Source: Basidiobolus meristosporus CBS 931.73
Taxonomy: Eukaryota > Fungi > Basidiobolomycota
Length of the DNA: 64,000 bases
Assembly (NCBI GenBank): GCA_002104905.1
Contig: MCFE01000493.1
Coordinates: 2,804-66,803 of the forward strand
Direction: 5' to 3'
Below, one piece after another: positions 45,601 through 55,839 of the stretch. Each line of letters starts with the position of its first letter. Within the stretch, counting starts at the first letter, position 1. Made by a program: the position numbers and the translations under genes. Under the pieces are notes generated by a model that saw nothing but the letters and a program-made list of their open reading frames with translations, had not been told where the DNA came from and did not search any database.

Positions 45601-47376
45601 CCAGAGCTCTTGAACAGTTGTCTGGCTTGTTTCCCATATATGCAGGCTTCACAGTGCTCCAAATTAGCTGGGGGATCAATTTTCACTCCAGAAATTAGCT
45701 GATCTTTGATCATTTTGCGCAAATAATCAGAATTGATGTGCCCAAATCTCCTGTGCCAAAGCATTGGTGTTTCTTCATTTAAGTTACTTATATTGGCATC
45801 CAGATATGATGGAGTATAAGTCAACTTGTATAGATTCTGATCTCTGATGCCTGAAGCAATATGAGCACCATTTTGATCAGTGATCCTGCATCCAGAATTG
45901 TCAAAACTGAAACTGAGTCCTTCTGCTGTGGCCTTGCTTACAGAGAGTAGGTTCTTGGCTATTTCTGGTACATAGAGTACTTCTTTAAAGGTCAGTGTAT
46001 GGCTTCCTTCACTGCTTCTAAGGTTTACTTGGATAGTTCCTTCTCCCACTGCATCAAGTGTTCTATTGTCACCCATGAAAACCTTCTTAATTGGAATTTC
46101 TTGATATTTGGTAAAAAGTTCTTTTTGGTGTTTAAAGTGTTGAGAAGCTCCAGAGTCAATATACCATGTCTGAGAATCCTTGTTTGTGGTCATATTTAGT
46201 GCAGATATGAATAGTCTATCTTCAGTTGTTGCAGCATTTCCATATTCAGGCTTCTTTTGCTGATTATCTTTCTTTTTGAGACACCGGTCTGATGTGTGTC
46301 CTTTCCTTTTGCAGTAGTTGCAAAATAGGTTGCTGTTGCCTTTGTAGGGTCTTGGGTACCTCCTTTGTTGGTTATCATTGCTTATTAAAGCATTTTCTTC
46401 TTCCTTCTTATTGGCACTTGATTTTCTTAATTCTTCATCCAGGAGCCTTCCATATACGTAATTTAAGGTCAAATCTTCAGTTCTGGACTCTACGGCTGAT
46501 ACAAGGCCCTGAAACTCGTCTGTCAGGCTATTCAGGATGGTAACTATCACATCCTCATCAGTAGTTGGTACGCCCACAGATTCCATCTCATCTACCAGCA
46601 GGGTAATTCTGTTAATTAGATTTTTCATTTCTTCTCCTGGCAGCATCTTTGTAGTAAAGAATTTTTGTCTCAGATACATTTTCTTGGCAGCTGAACATGA
46701 CTGGTAGGTGTCTTCTAATGCCTTCCAGGCATTCTTTGCCGTTTTTGCTCTTGAGCATTGAATTAGCAAGTTGTCCTTGACATTAAGGCAAATGCAGTTA
46801 AAGGCACTTTGTTCTTTCTTCTGGTACTTTAAGGCTTCCTCTCCCACGTTTTTAGGAGGGCATTCTTCTCCCATAACAATATCCCAAAGGCCTCTTTCTT
46901 GTAGCAGCATCTTCATCCTCACCTTCCACACTTGGTAGTTAGATCCATCCAACTTTTCAGCAGAGGGGAAAATTCCAGTAATAGCAGTAGTAGACATTGC
47001 AGAGAGTGACAGCTTGGGGCTCATAACCTGTTGTAAGAGTCTTGGAGTTATTGGAAGTGATTGGGAGAACATGTAGATTATGTGTTTTTCACTTAATGAT
47101 TTATTGAATGTAAAAGTAGTATTATACTTTTACCTGGTCTTGGCATTACAAACACGTAGAATAGGTTAAGGAAGGTCCCAAGAACATGTGTGCAAAGTTT
47201 GGGGCTGTTTGGACAACTTTGAAAATTTTCATGTTCTGGGTACCTGGCAATTTGGTGAAAATATTCTAAGTAAATCCCAACAAGGAATTTGGTCAGTATT
47301 CTCTAGGATTTGAAGGTGATGATCAAAGTGACTAAGTTAGGTGAATATTTAGGTGGAAATACAAACTTTTACAACA
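42691..47376 (-). mobile_element. Full-length Ty1/copia retrotransposon (family A)
   Basis: LTRs 42691-43041 and 47029-47376 (8 substitutions and 3 one-nt indels by eye). TSD ATCAG on both sides. PBS GGTTATGAGCCCC and PPT GAGTGGGAG. Confidence 0.97.
43053..47072 (-). CDS. Copia Gag-Pol polyprotein (single ORF)
   Basis: CCHC knuckle, protease IDSGAS, HRRFGH..CEAC, integrase D-D-E, RT YVDD and RNase H (YSDADW, TEAEY, FQDNQ), in INT-before-RT order. The true start codon is uncertain. Confidence 0.96.
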   Translation of the reverse strand: MFSQSLPITPRLLQQVMSPKLSLSAMSTTAITGIFPSAEKLDGSNYQVWKVRMKMLLQERGLWDIVMGEECPPKNVGEEALKYQKKEQSAFNCICLNVKDNLLIQCSRAKTAKNAWKALEDTYQSCSAAKKMYLRQKFFTTKMLPGEEMKNLINRITLLVDEMESVGVPTTDEDVIVTILNSLTDEFQGLVSAVESRTEDLTLNYVYGRLLDEELRKSSANKKEEENALISNDNQQRRYPRPYKGNSNLFCNYCKRKGHTSDRCLKKKDNQQKKPEYGNAATTEDRLFISALNMTTNKDSQTWYIDSGASQHFKHQKELFTKYQEIPIKKVFMGDNRTLDAVGEGTIQVNLRSSEGSHTLTFKEVLYVPEIAKNLLSVSKATAEGLSFSFDNSGCRITDQNGAHIASGIRDQNLYKLTYTPSYLDANISNLNEETPMLWHRRFGHINSDYLRKMIKDQLISGVKIDPPANLEHCEACIYGKQARQLFKSSGLIKTKKKLDLFHSDLCGPMQNLSLGGMKYLITFIDDYTRYTWVYFMERKEEALSKFREFKTMVERETGEKIKKIRSDNGGEYTSKLFIHFCKIHGIKQETTAPYSPQQNGVAEQANRSIIDMARSMIHDQKLSYDFWAESVATAVYLKNSSYNRLLCDSTPFEAWYGYRPSAEHLRIFGCIAYAKKLAGNQSKFEPKSVKCIFLGYCNESKAYRLYNTKAKKLIKSRDVLFDENSKFSQKMTSDDDKNLISSPPIVRIESEQNNENFFTPEDSTTMVQPESVPRNIPEVIIPVSNARRSNQTRNSPNYYINEGTNLAYAYSVHIDEPQTVKEALNSPQTKCWRSAMTEEYQALMENQTWDLVKLPINQKSIGGRWVFKTKYKADGTIERYKARLVAKGYSQTKGLDYTETFAPVAKFNSIRLILAIAAKYKFFIHQMDVKTAFLNGELDEDVYMDQPDGFVDQDNPHLVCKLKKSLYGLKQSPRAWNCKIDSYLESLSFKRSNADYSIYYKPDRANPVLLALYVDDLIIATNNLETLEETKFSLSKEFKMSNLGELSYYLGIKFSIDRSTQTITLSQSKYIQDILKKYKMEDCKPAATPMETNLNLVKTQPNQESLVPSESPDFPYQSMVGSLMYIMLGTRPDISYSVGVVSQHNQNYGYDHIAAVKRIFRYLKGTADICLRYTYKNSEQDLVGYSDADWGQNLADRRSTTGYTFLYCKGAISWNSRKQPTVALSTTEAEYMAACEATKEAMWLRKLLTDLGLCQKTPITLFQDNQGCIQLGRNPTFHARTKHIDIRHHFIREAIENNLVSLVYCPTDEIIADIFNKPLARDKFEYLRSKLGLVSMNI

Positions 47377-47429
47377 ATCAGTACCTCTTAGTCATGGGAC
47401 TTTAAATCTGTGATGGCCTTTTGACACAA

Positions 47430-50400
47430 TCATCACAATAAATTCTCATAGGGACTGTTTGGGTCTTTATAGGGCTTATACTCCTCAGTCATTTCAGATC
47501 TCCAAAACTGTGTCTGAGGGCTACTCAGTGCCTCTTTTACAGTCAGGGGCTCATCAATATGGGCAGAATAGGCATAGGCCAAGTTTGTACCCTCATGGAT
47601 ATAGTAATTAGGGCTATATCTGGTCCAGTTGGATCTCCTGGTTTGTGATACTTGATTGATCACTTCTGGGATATTCCTGGGCACTGATTCAGGCTGAACC
47701 ACAGTTGTAGAGTCCTCTGGAGTGAAAAAAGCTTCATTGTTTTGCTCTGATTTGATCATGACTATGGATGGACTTAGAACCAGATTTTTGTCATCATCTA
47801 ATGTTATTTTTTGTGAATATTTCAATTTTCATCAAGCAGCACATCCCTGGACCTGACCAGCTTCTTTGCTTTGGTCTTGTAGTGCTAGTATGCCTTACTC
47901 TCATAGCAGTAGCCAAAAAATATTCATTTTGCACTTTTTGGCTCAAATTTTGACTGATTTCTGTATAGTTTCTTGGCATATGCTGTACACCTAAATATTT
48001 TAAGATGTTCTGCACTAGATCTTTATCCATACTATGCATCAAGTGGAGTAGAATCACAAAGTATTCTGCTATAACTCCTATTTTCTAGATATACAGCTGT
48101 AGCAACTGATACCCCCCAAAAATCTTAGGATAATTCTTGATCTTGGATCTTGCCATATCAATTATTGATTGGTTTGAGCATTCTGCCACTCCATTTTGCT
48201 GCAAAGAGTGTGGTACAGGAGTCTCTTGCTTTATCCTATGAATTTTGCAGATGTGGATGAAGAGTTTTGGGGTCTATTCTCCACCATTGTCACAGTGTAG
48301 TTTCTTGATTTTTTCACCAGTTTCTCTCTTCACCATGACTTTAAGCTCCTTGAACTTAGACAGAGCTTTTTCCTTTCTTTGCATGAAGTAGACCCATGTG
48401 TATCATGTATATTCATCAATAAAAGTGATTAAATACTTCATACCACCTAGGGATAAATTTTGCATAGGTCCACACAGATCTGAGTAAACTAGATTTAATT
48501 TTTTCTTAGTTTTGATTAACTCAGAGCTCTAGAATGTTTATCTGGCTTGTTTCCCAAATATGCAGACTTCACAGTGCTCCAAATTAGCTGGGGGATCAAT
48601 TTTTACTCCAAAAATTAGCTGATCTTTGATCATTTTGCACAAATAATCAAAATTGATGAGTCCAAATCTCCTGTATCAAAGCATTGGTATTTCATCATTC
48701 AAGTTATTTATATTTGCTTTCAGATTTGATGGAATATAAGTCAGCTTGTGTTAATTTGGATATCTGGTATCCAAAGCAATGTGGGCACCATTTTGATCAG
48801 CGATCCTTCATCCAGAATTGTCAAAACTGGAACTGAGTCCTTCTGCTGTGGCCTTGCTAACAAATAGTAGGTTCTTGGCTATTTCTGGTACATAGAGTAC
48901 TTTTTTGAAGGTTGGTGTGTGGCTTCCTTCACTGCTTCTGAGGCTTACTTGGATAGTTCCTTCTCAACAGCATCAAGCGATTTATTTGTTGTAATTATTA
49001 AGTTGTCACCAAAATAGTCATGCTAAATTAGTCACATAGATCTTATTCTTTGATTAGCATTCTGTCCTGACCAAATTTCTTGTTGGGATTTACTTTGAAT
49101 ATTTTCACCAAATTGTCAGGTACCCAGATTATTATTTTTCTCAAAGTCATCCAAGCAACCCCAAACTTTGCACACAAATTCTTGGGACCTTCCTTAACAA
49201 ACTCTACATGTTTGTTTCCTCTACTTTATCAAAAGTATATACTGCAGTTTTGATCAATAAACCTACAAGTGGATAACATGTAAATCCTCTAGTTCTCCAC
49301 ATCACTTCCAATACTCCTCAGAATATTGCAACATAATTGTCACCCATGAAAATCTTCTTGATTGGAATTTCTTGATATTGGGTAAACAGTTCTTTTTGGT
49401 GTGTAAAGTTATGAGATACTTCAGAGTCAATATACTACATCTGAGAATTCTTGTTTACAGTCATATCAGTGCAGATATGAATAGTCTATCTTCAGTTGTT
49501 GCTGTATTTCCTTATTTAGGCCTTTTCTTGCTGATTAGCTTTCTTTCTGAGGCACCAGTCTGATGTGTGTCCTTCCTGTTGCAGTAGTTGCCTGACAGGT
49601 TGCTGCTGCCTTTGTAGGGTCCTGGGTACCTCCTTTGTTGGTTATCATTGCTGATTAAAGCACTTTCTTCTTCCTTTTTACTGACACTTGTTTTTCTTAA
49701 GCCTTTGATATACATAATTCAAGGTCAAATCTTCAGTTCTGAGCTCCAGGGCTGAAACAAGGCCTGAAACCTGTCTGTCAGGCTATTCAGGATGGTAACT
49801 ATCACATCCTCATCTCTAGTTGGTATGCCCACAGATTCCATCTCATCAACCAATGGGGCAATTCTGTTAATTAAATTTTTCATTTCTTCTCCTGGCAGCA
49901 AATTTGTGGTAAAGAATTTTTGTCTCATATACATTCTCTTAGCGGCTGAACAAGATTGGTAGGTGTCTTGTAATGCCTTCCAGGCATTCTTTACCACTTA
50001 TACTCTTATGCATTGAATTAGCAACTTGACTCTATCACTAAAGCAAATGCAGTTAAAGGCACTTTGTTCTTTCTTCTGTTACTTTAAGACTTCCACTCCC
50101 ACACTTTTAGGAGGGCATTCTTCTCCCATGAAATATCCCAAAGGCCTTTTTCCTGTAGTAGCATCTCCATCTTCACCTTTGAGACTTGGTAGACAGATGC
50201 ATCCAACTTTTCAGCAGAGGGAAAAATTCCACTAGTAGCAGTAGTAGACATTGTAGTGAGTGATGGTTTGGGGCTCATAACCTGTTGTAAGAGTCTTGGA
50301 GATATTGGAAGTGCTTGGGAGGACAAGTAGATTTTGAGGTTTTCACTTAATGATTTATTGAATGTAAAGGCAATATTTATACTTTTACACGGTATTGGCA

Positions 50401-50631
50401 TAAGATTCATGTAGAGTAAGTTTAGGAAGATCCCAAGAGCATGTGTGCAAAGTTTGGGGCTGTTTGGACAACTTTGAGAATTTTCATGTTCTAGGTGCCT
50501 GATATTTGGTGATAATTTTCTAAGTAAATCCTGACAAGAAGTTTGGTTGGTATTCACTAAGATTTTGTAGGTAATGATCTAAGTCACCAAGTTAGATGAA
50601 TATTTAGGCAAAAATGCAAACTTTTACAACA
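47430..50631 (-). mobile_element. Older degenerate copia element, 3'-truncated, 5' LTR 50283-50631
   Basis: Colinear with the full-length copy from gag to the start of RT, with many stops and frameshifts. PBS present. Confidence 0.9.
48987..49333 (+). mobile_element. Solo LTR (family B) nested in the older copia, opposite orientation
   Basis: TGTTGTAA...TTGCAACA termini. Flanks TTATT/TAATT form a TSD with one mismatch. The host sequence resumes on both sides. Confidence 0.88.
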
Positions 50632-50897
50632 CTTTCAAGGTAGGTAAACCACCAAGTGAAACAATTTAGAATAGGCTAGTAGAACATCATCAACTGATCA
50701 GCTTGATTCTAACTTTCCCAAAAGTGACAACTCTCAATTTCCCAGGTACTGGCTTATCAGACAAGCAGACATTCTTTCTATTGAGAGACTAAGCCAACTT
50801 GTACTCATACAAAATTTGGTTATCAGCTGCACATTATTTCTGCCAAAAATTGCAGCTGAAAATTTGATACAGAAACACCTGCTTAATACAGGTAAAT

Positions 50898-51246
50898 TGT
50901 TGCAATATTCTAAGGAGTATTGGAAGTGTTGTGGAGCACCAGAGGACTTACCTATTATGCACTTGTAGATTTATTGGTCAACAGTGTGGTATTTATACTT
51001 CTGATAAAGTAGAGTAGACAAACATGTAGAGTTTATCAAGGAAGATCTCAAGAATATGTGTGCCCACTTTGGGGTCTTTTGGACAGCTTTGACAAAGGTC
51101 ATAAACTGAGTACCTGATAATTTGGGGAAAATATTTGAAGTGAATCCCAAAAAGAAATATGGTCAGGAGAGATTGCTAATTGCAGAATAAGATCTATATG
51201 ACTAAGTTAGCATGAATATTTAGATGACAACTTAATAGTTACAACA
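50898..51246 (-). mobile_element. Solo LTR (family B)
   Basis: TGTTGCAA...TTACAACA termini, with flanks TAAAT/AAAAT. Confidence 0.8.
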
Positions 51247-51956
51247 AAAATAACATCAGAAAAGCAGCAAAAAATCCAATAAATTCCAAGTTTGAGACTT
51301 TTCATAGGGGAATGGCTTCCTTCACTACTCATTTGGTATATTAAATATTACCTTTCATAATTGCATCAAATGTTCTTTAGTGTCCCATGATACCTTGTTA
51401 GTTGGAACTTATAGATATTTGATAAATAGTTTTTTTGGTGTGCAAAGTGTAAAGAAGTACCAGAGCTAATGAGTAACATCTATGATATGAATAGTTTAAC
51501 TTTAGTGGTTGCAGCAATTCCATGCTTGAGCTTGTTTTGCTGATGATCTCTCCATACAAAAAAAAACCCAAAAAAGGCCAGCAGAATACCTATATAAAAT
51601 CAGCTGAGTTCAAGGTTTCTTCAAGCTCACAACTCTCAATACTTGGGTTACTGGCTATTTGGCAGACAAGAAGATATATTATGCAGGAGGGGACCAGACC
51701 AACTGGCTTATACACCAAGTGTAGTAAGCAGCTACTCACAACATTGACCAAAAGCTGCAACTAGAAATTTGAAGCAAAAATGCCAGCTGAATGCCAGAAA
51801 AATACTGTCAAATAATAGCAGAACACTATCAGCTACTCATATGAACTCCAAGTCTGAGATTTTTACAAGGCCACTTTTGTAAGAACCAGTCTGATGAGTG
51901 CATTCCTTCAACAGTAGCCACAAGCACAGATGTTCCTGCCTTCAAAGGGTGTCAAG

Positions 51957-53190
51957 TGTTGTAAAAATATGTAATTCCAGCTAAATATTCTCCTAACTAA
52001 GTCACTTAGAGCATTACCTACAAGTCTTGGAGAATACTGACCAAATTCATTGTTGGAAATTACTTTGAGTATTTTCACCAAAACATTGTGTACCCAGAAC
52101 ATGCCATTGCTCAAAGTTGTCCAACTGCCAAAGTTTGCACACATGTTCTTGGCACCTTCAAGTTATGATTCTTCTACCTAATGATTGATTGAATATACAA
52201 GTAGTATATATACTTTTACATAGTCTTGGCAAAGAAAAGACACAGAATATGATTAGGAAGGTCCTAAGTGCATGTATGCAAATCTTGGGGCTGTTTGGAC
52301 AACTTCAAGAAATTTTGTATGCTAGGCATGTGATATTATGGTGAGAATATTCCAAGTGAATCCTGAAAAGGAATTGTGTTGGAACTCTCCAAGATTGTAG
52401 GTAACAATCTAAGTGAATAAGTTAGGTTAATATATAGGTAGAATTGCAAACCTTACAACACTCTCAAGATACTTCTTATCATCTCAATGCTGGCCTAAAT
52501 CCATTTGCTCATTTGAATCCAGGATAATGCTCATGGTACAGATCTAGTGCATTCTGCTTGGCCTTTAGTTCCTGAAAGTCCCATGGTATGCTGGCCTTTG
52601 GATGATGGCATGCCAGACTTCTTGTGGCCTCTTGTATATTAGCCCACTTTTTGTCATTGCACATAATAGCTTCACAGTGTGGGGCTGTATAAGTCCAAGG
52701 GAGAGATATGTCCAACAATCCTTGGTGTTTTGTGTGTATGGAGTTCACAGGGTGCACAAGCCTCAGACAAAGGCTTGCAAGGAATACTTGGGTTTTTTTC
52801 TTTACCCTAGTGTGAAGGGGAATGAAGCCTCAAGCTTGTCAGAGGACAGCTATTGAGCTACAATCCCCAACTTAGTTGGTGTCTTGGCAAAAGTATGTGC
52901 TGGGTTTAGCATCCATTGAGACAACAATGTACTAAAGCTTCCAAAGTCAACACAACTATAAACTCCACCAGCAGGGACTTGATCAGAATTCAGCTTTGGT
53001 CAATATCTCAAGAAATCAATCAAGAGAAATCTCACTGGTTGTGTATATTTTCAGGTATATCAAAAGTGTTGTAAGAATTTATAATTCCACCTAAATATTC
53101 ACCCAACTTAGTCACTTAGATTATTACCTACATATCTCAGAGAATACTGACCAAATTCCTTGTTGGGATTTACTTAGAATATTTTCTAAC
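51957..53190. mobile_element. Partial LTR relics in both orientations (51957-52160, ~52175-52460, 53067-53190)
   Basis: TGTTGTAA and TTACAACA ends plus the shared LTR core motif. Confidence 0.65.
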
Positions 53191-55839
53191 TTCTGTAGCA
53201 CTCTCTCAATGTGCACTTATGTATGTGGCCTCCTTAATACATACATTAATACCAGTTCTTGTGTGATATAGTAGTAACTCTTATGACTTTTGTGAATCCA
53301 GGAATTAGTAAATACCTGTACTGTGGCCAACCATTTCACACTTTTGGAATTCCAAATCTGAGAATTTACATCAAGATAATAGTTGCAAATGGCTCAGGAT
53401 GATCTGGCAGTATTAATTACTAGTTGGAATTGATTTTTGGAAGTAATCTTGCTGGATGCTTGGCTACTACTGTGGAATTACAGGCATATCACAAAGAATA
53501 GTAAAGGCCCTGGATTATGCCTGTATATTTTTGGCACCCACCCCAACACAATTATTCAACACACCAAGTCAATAAGCGGAAACCACTTCCAAGGCATCAC
53601 CCACTCCCGTTACAGGATTTTTGTACTTGCCCTCTTATGAGCCACTTGAAGCAATGGGCCTAAAAACATGCGGCAAATAGGCACTAGCTTAAACATTACA
53701 GAGGCATGATAAAAGGCCAGGTGGAAGATAAGAAAAGTCTTGGTGTCCAGATGTCTTTTGGAGTGGTTGGGGATTTTCGATCTTTGCAGGGTTTCCACAC
53801 CTCGGAAGAAATGGCGGAGTATCCTTGGATGTTGAGGCCAACGGTAAAATTGGTCTCTATATAATGGCCAAGCTCACTATCGTGATATGTGTGAATAATC
53901 GAGCTCCATATCAAGCACTCCCAGCAGTAAGCACACTAGCAAAAGCAGCTTTTACAAATACCCAAGTGGGGTGGCAGAAATTAATGGTCACTTGGTAAGA
54001 TATCATCGAAGAATACGTAAGATCGCAAGAGGAGCTCGGCAGGGCTAACTTAGTCGAAAGAAAGCTGGCTTTCAATTGGCTACACTACCAAGAGTGCCAA
54101 GTGAAATTGTGGAATGCAGACAAAAGAAACTGGTCCTTGCATCTGGATTTGACTGGATCACCACATGAAGACCAATTCCAAACATTGAAAGATTGAAATG
54201 GCCGGATCAAGTACCGTGATAAGCAAAGGTGCTGTACTCTGGAAAACCATTGATGTTTCTATTCCCCAGATTAACCATCGGGCATGTACAATATGATGAC
54301 TGCGCACTTCCAACTGTTCCTATGGAACAACTGCTTGTAGAGTAGGCAGATGATCGCAAATTGGGCGATTTGAGGTTTTGAAAATTTTATGCCAATTACA
54401 GCTCTCGGAATTGCCCAGGAAATAAGTGACTCAGGGTAAGAATTCCAATACTCCGACCGTAAACATGCTATGACATCAGGTACAAATGGCTTATTGCGAT
54501 AAATAAGTACAACCAGTTCTCTGGGCCCTAAATCAGTATTGTTACGCTGAATATACATCAGGGCCTGATAATTGGGTCACCGACCAATGCTTAAAATCAA
54601 TTTATCTAGAAGTCAAGCTAGCCAAAAAGGCTAATCACATCCGAAATAGCCAATAGTCTAAACCCTGCTGATCAGTTTCAGATGTTCCTTCATTTTTGCC
54701 ACGTCTGATTTTTATGCGCTGATCTGAGAACAGTTAACACGTGTAGCCGAATGCGGGATCGCGTCCTATATTGGGGAAAATCCAACACCATCAACTTGAG
54801 GGTTACCAACAAATTGGTTCATGGCTTTCACGGTGCTCCACGCCAGATTTTGGGAAATCCTTAGAGCGTCTTATCGATACCAATAAGGTAACAATGCATT
54901 GGTCCAACTATTCATTGGCCATGATTACCTGAGAGCGGTTCTAAGTAATACGCGTACTTGGTAGATGTTGATATTGATATTGATGGACTTTGTCATAACA
55001 GGACATAAATATTGATAAGTGAACACAGCTGGCCAGATCTGGGATACGTTCGGTTATGGCTTAGTTCGAGACGGTACGATCACAGAAGTATATCACTCTT
55101 GGTCACATTCTCAAATTTCAGGTATTGATATACAAGCTGATCCGAACTTGGACCACAACAGGCCACCATTTATGTGATATTCCGAAAGAAACGGGGTTAC
55201 TATAGATTCTTCATTCTTCCCTACATTGTCTAAAAAATCCAATGCGATACTCAACGAAAGAATACACATTTCCCACAATCATTCCTAACTAATAATGGGT
55301 TTGGTTCCAGATATACCGTGGGCATGGTTCTTGGTTGGCTAGCCCAACAAGATATGCCGCTATGATAAAACCGGATAATCCAATGGATCTTACGCAGTGC
55401 ACCCTATTTCACGGCCATGCAAAAAATGTTCGTATGCGGGTGAAAGTGGAAATGCATTTCTTTCACAAACCAACCTACAACAGCGAAGTAGTCACCTTGA
55501 CAAACTAAACCGCCTCAAACCACATCATAATAGGGTATTTGGGGATAGTTGACTTGAGCCTATTTTTATCTCCCTCACTTAAATATCAGTGGGAGATGAG
55601 AAATATATGACTTGATTTCATTTCCTCCAGGATGGCTGATGGGGTAATTGGCTAGGCACGGGCGGCTAGGTCTAGTTAGCATTTGCTATGTAGTATGAAG
55701 AAATTTCATACGGCTTCTGTTTATTTAATAAAGAATAAGCTTTCGGTCCACGGGCAAACAGATAGTAAATTTTTAGTCTAACCGGGCCGACAATCTATAT
55801 GTAGGGTACAAACAACCGCCACCTACAGTTCTATGGGAA

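Noticed and set aside
53600-55800. Short ORFs left of the giant gene
   Set aside because: No recognisable domains or consistent exon structure, so a call could not be supported.
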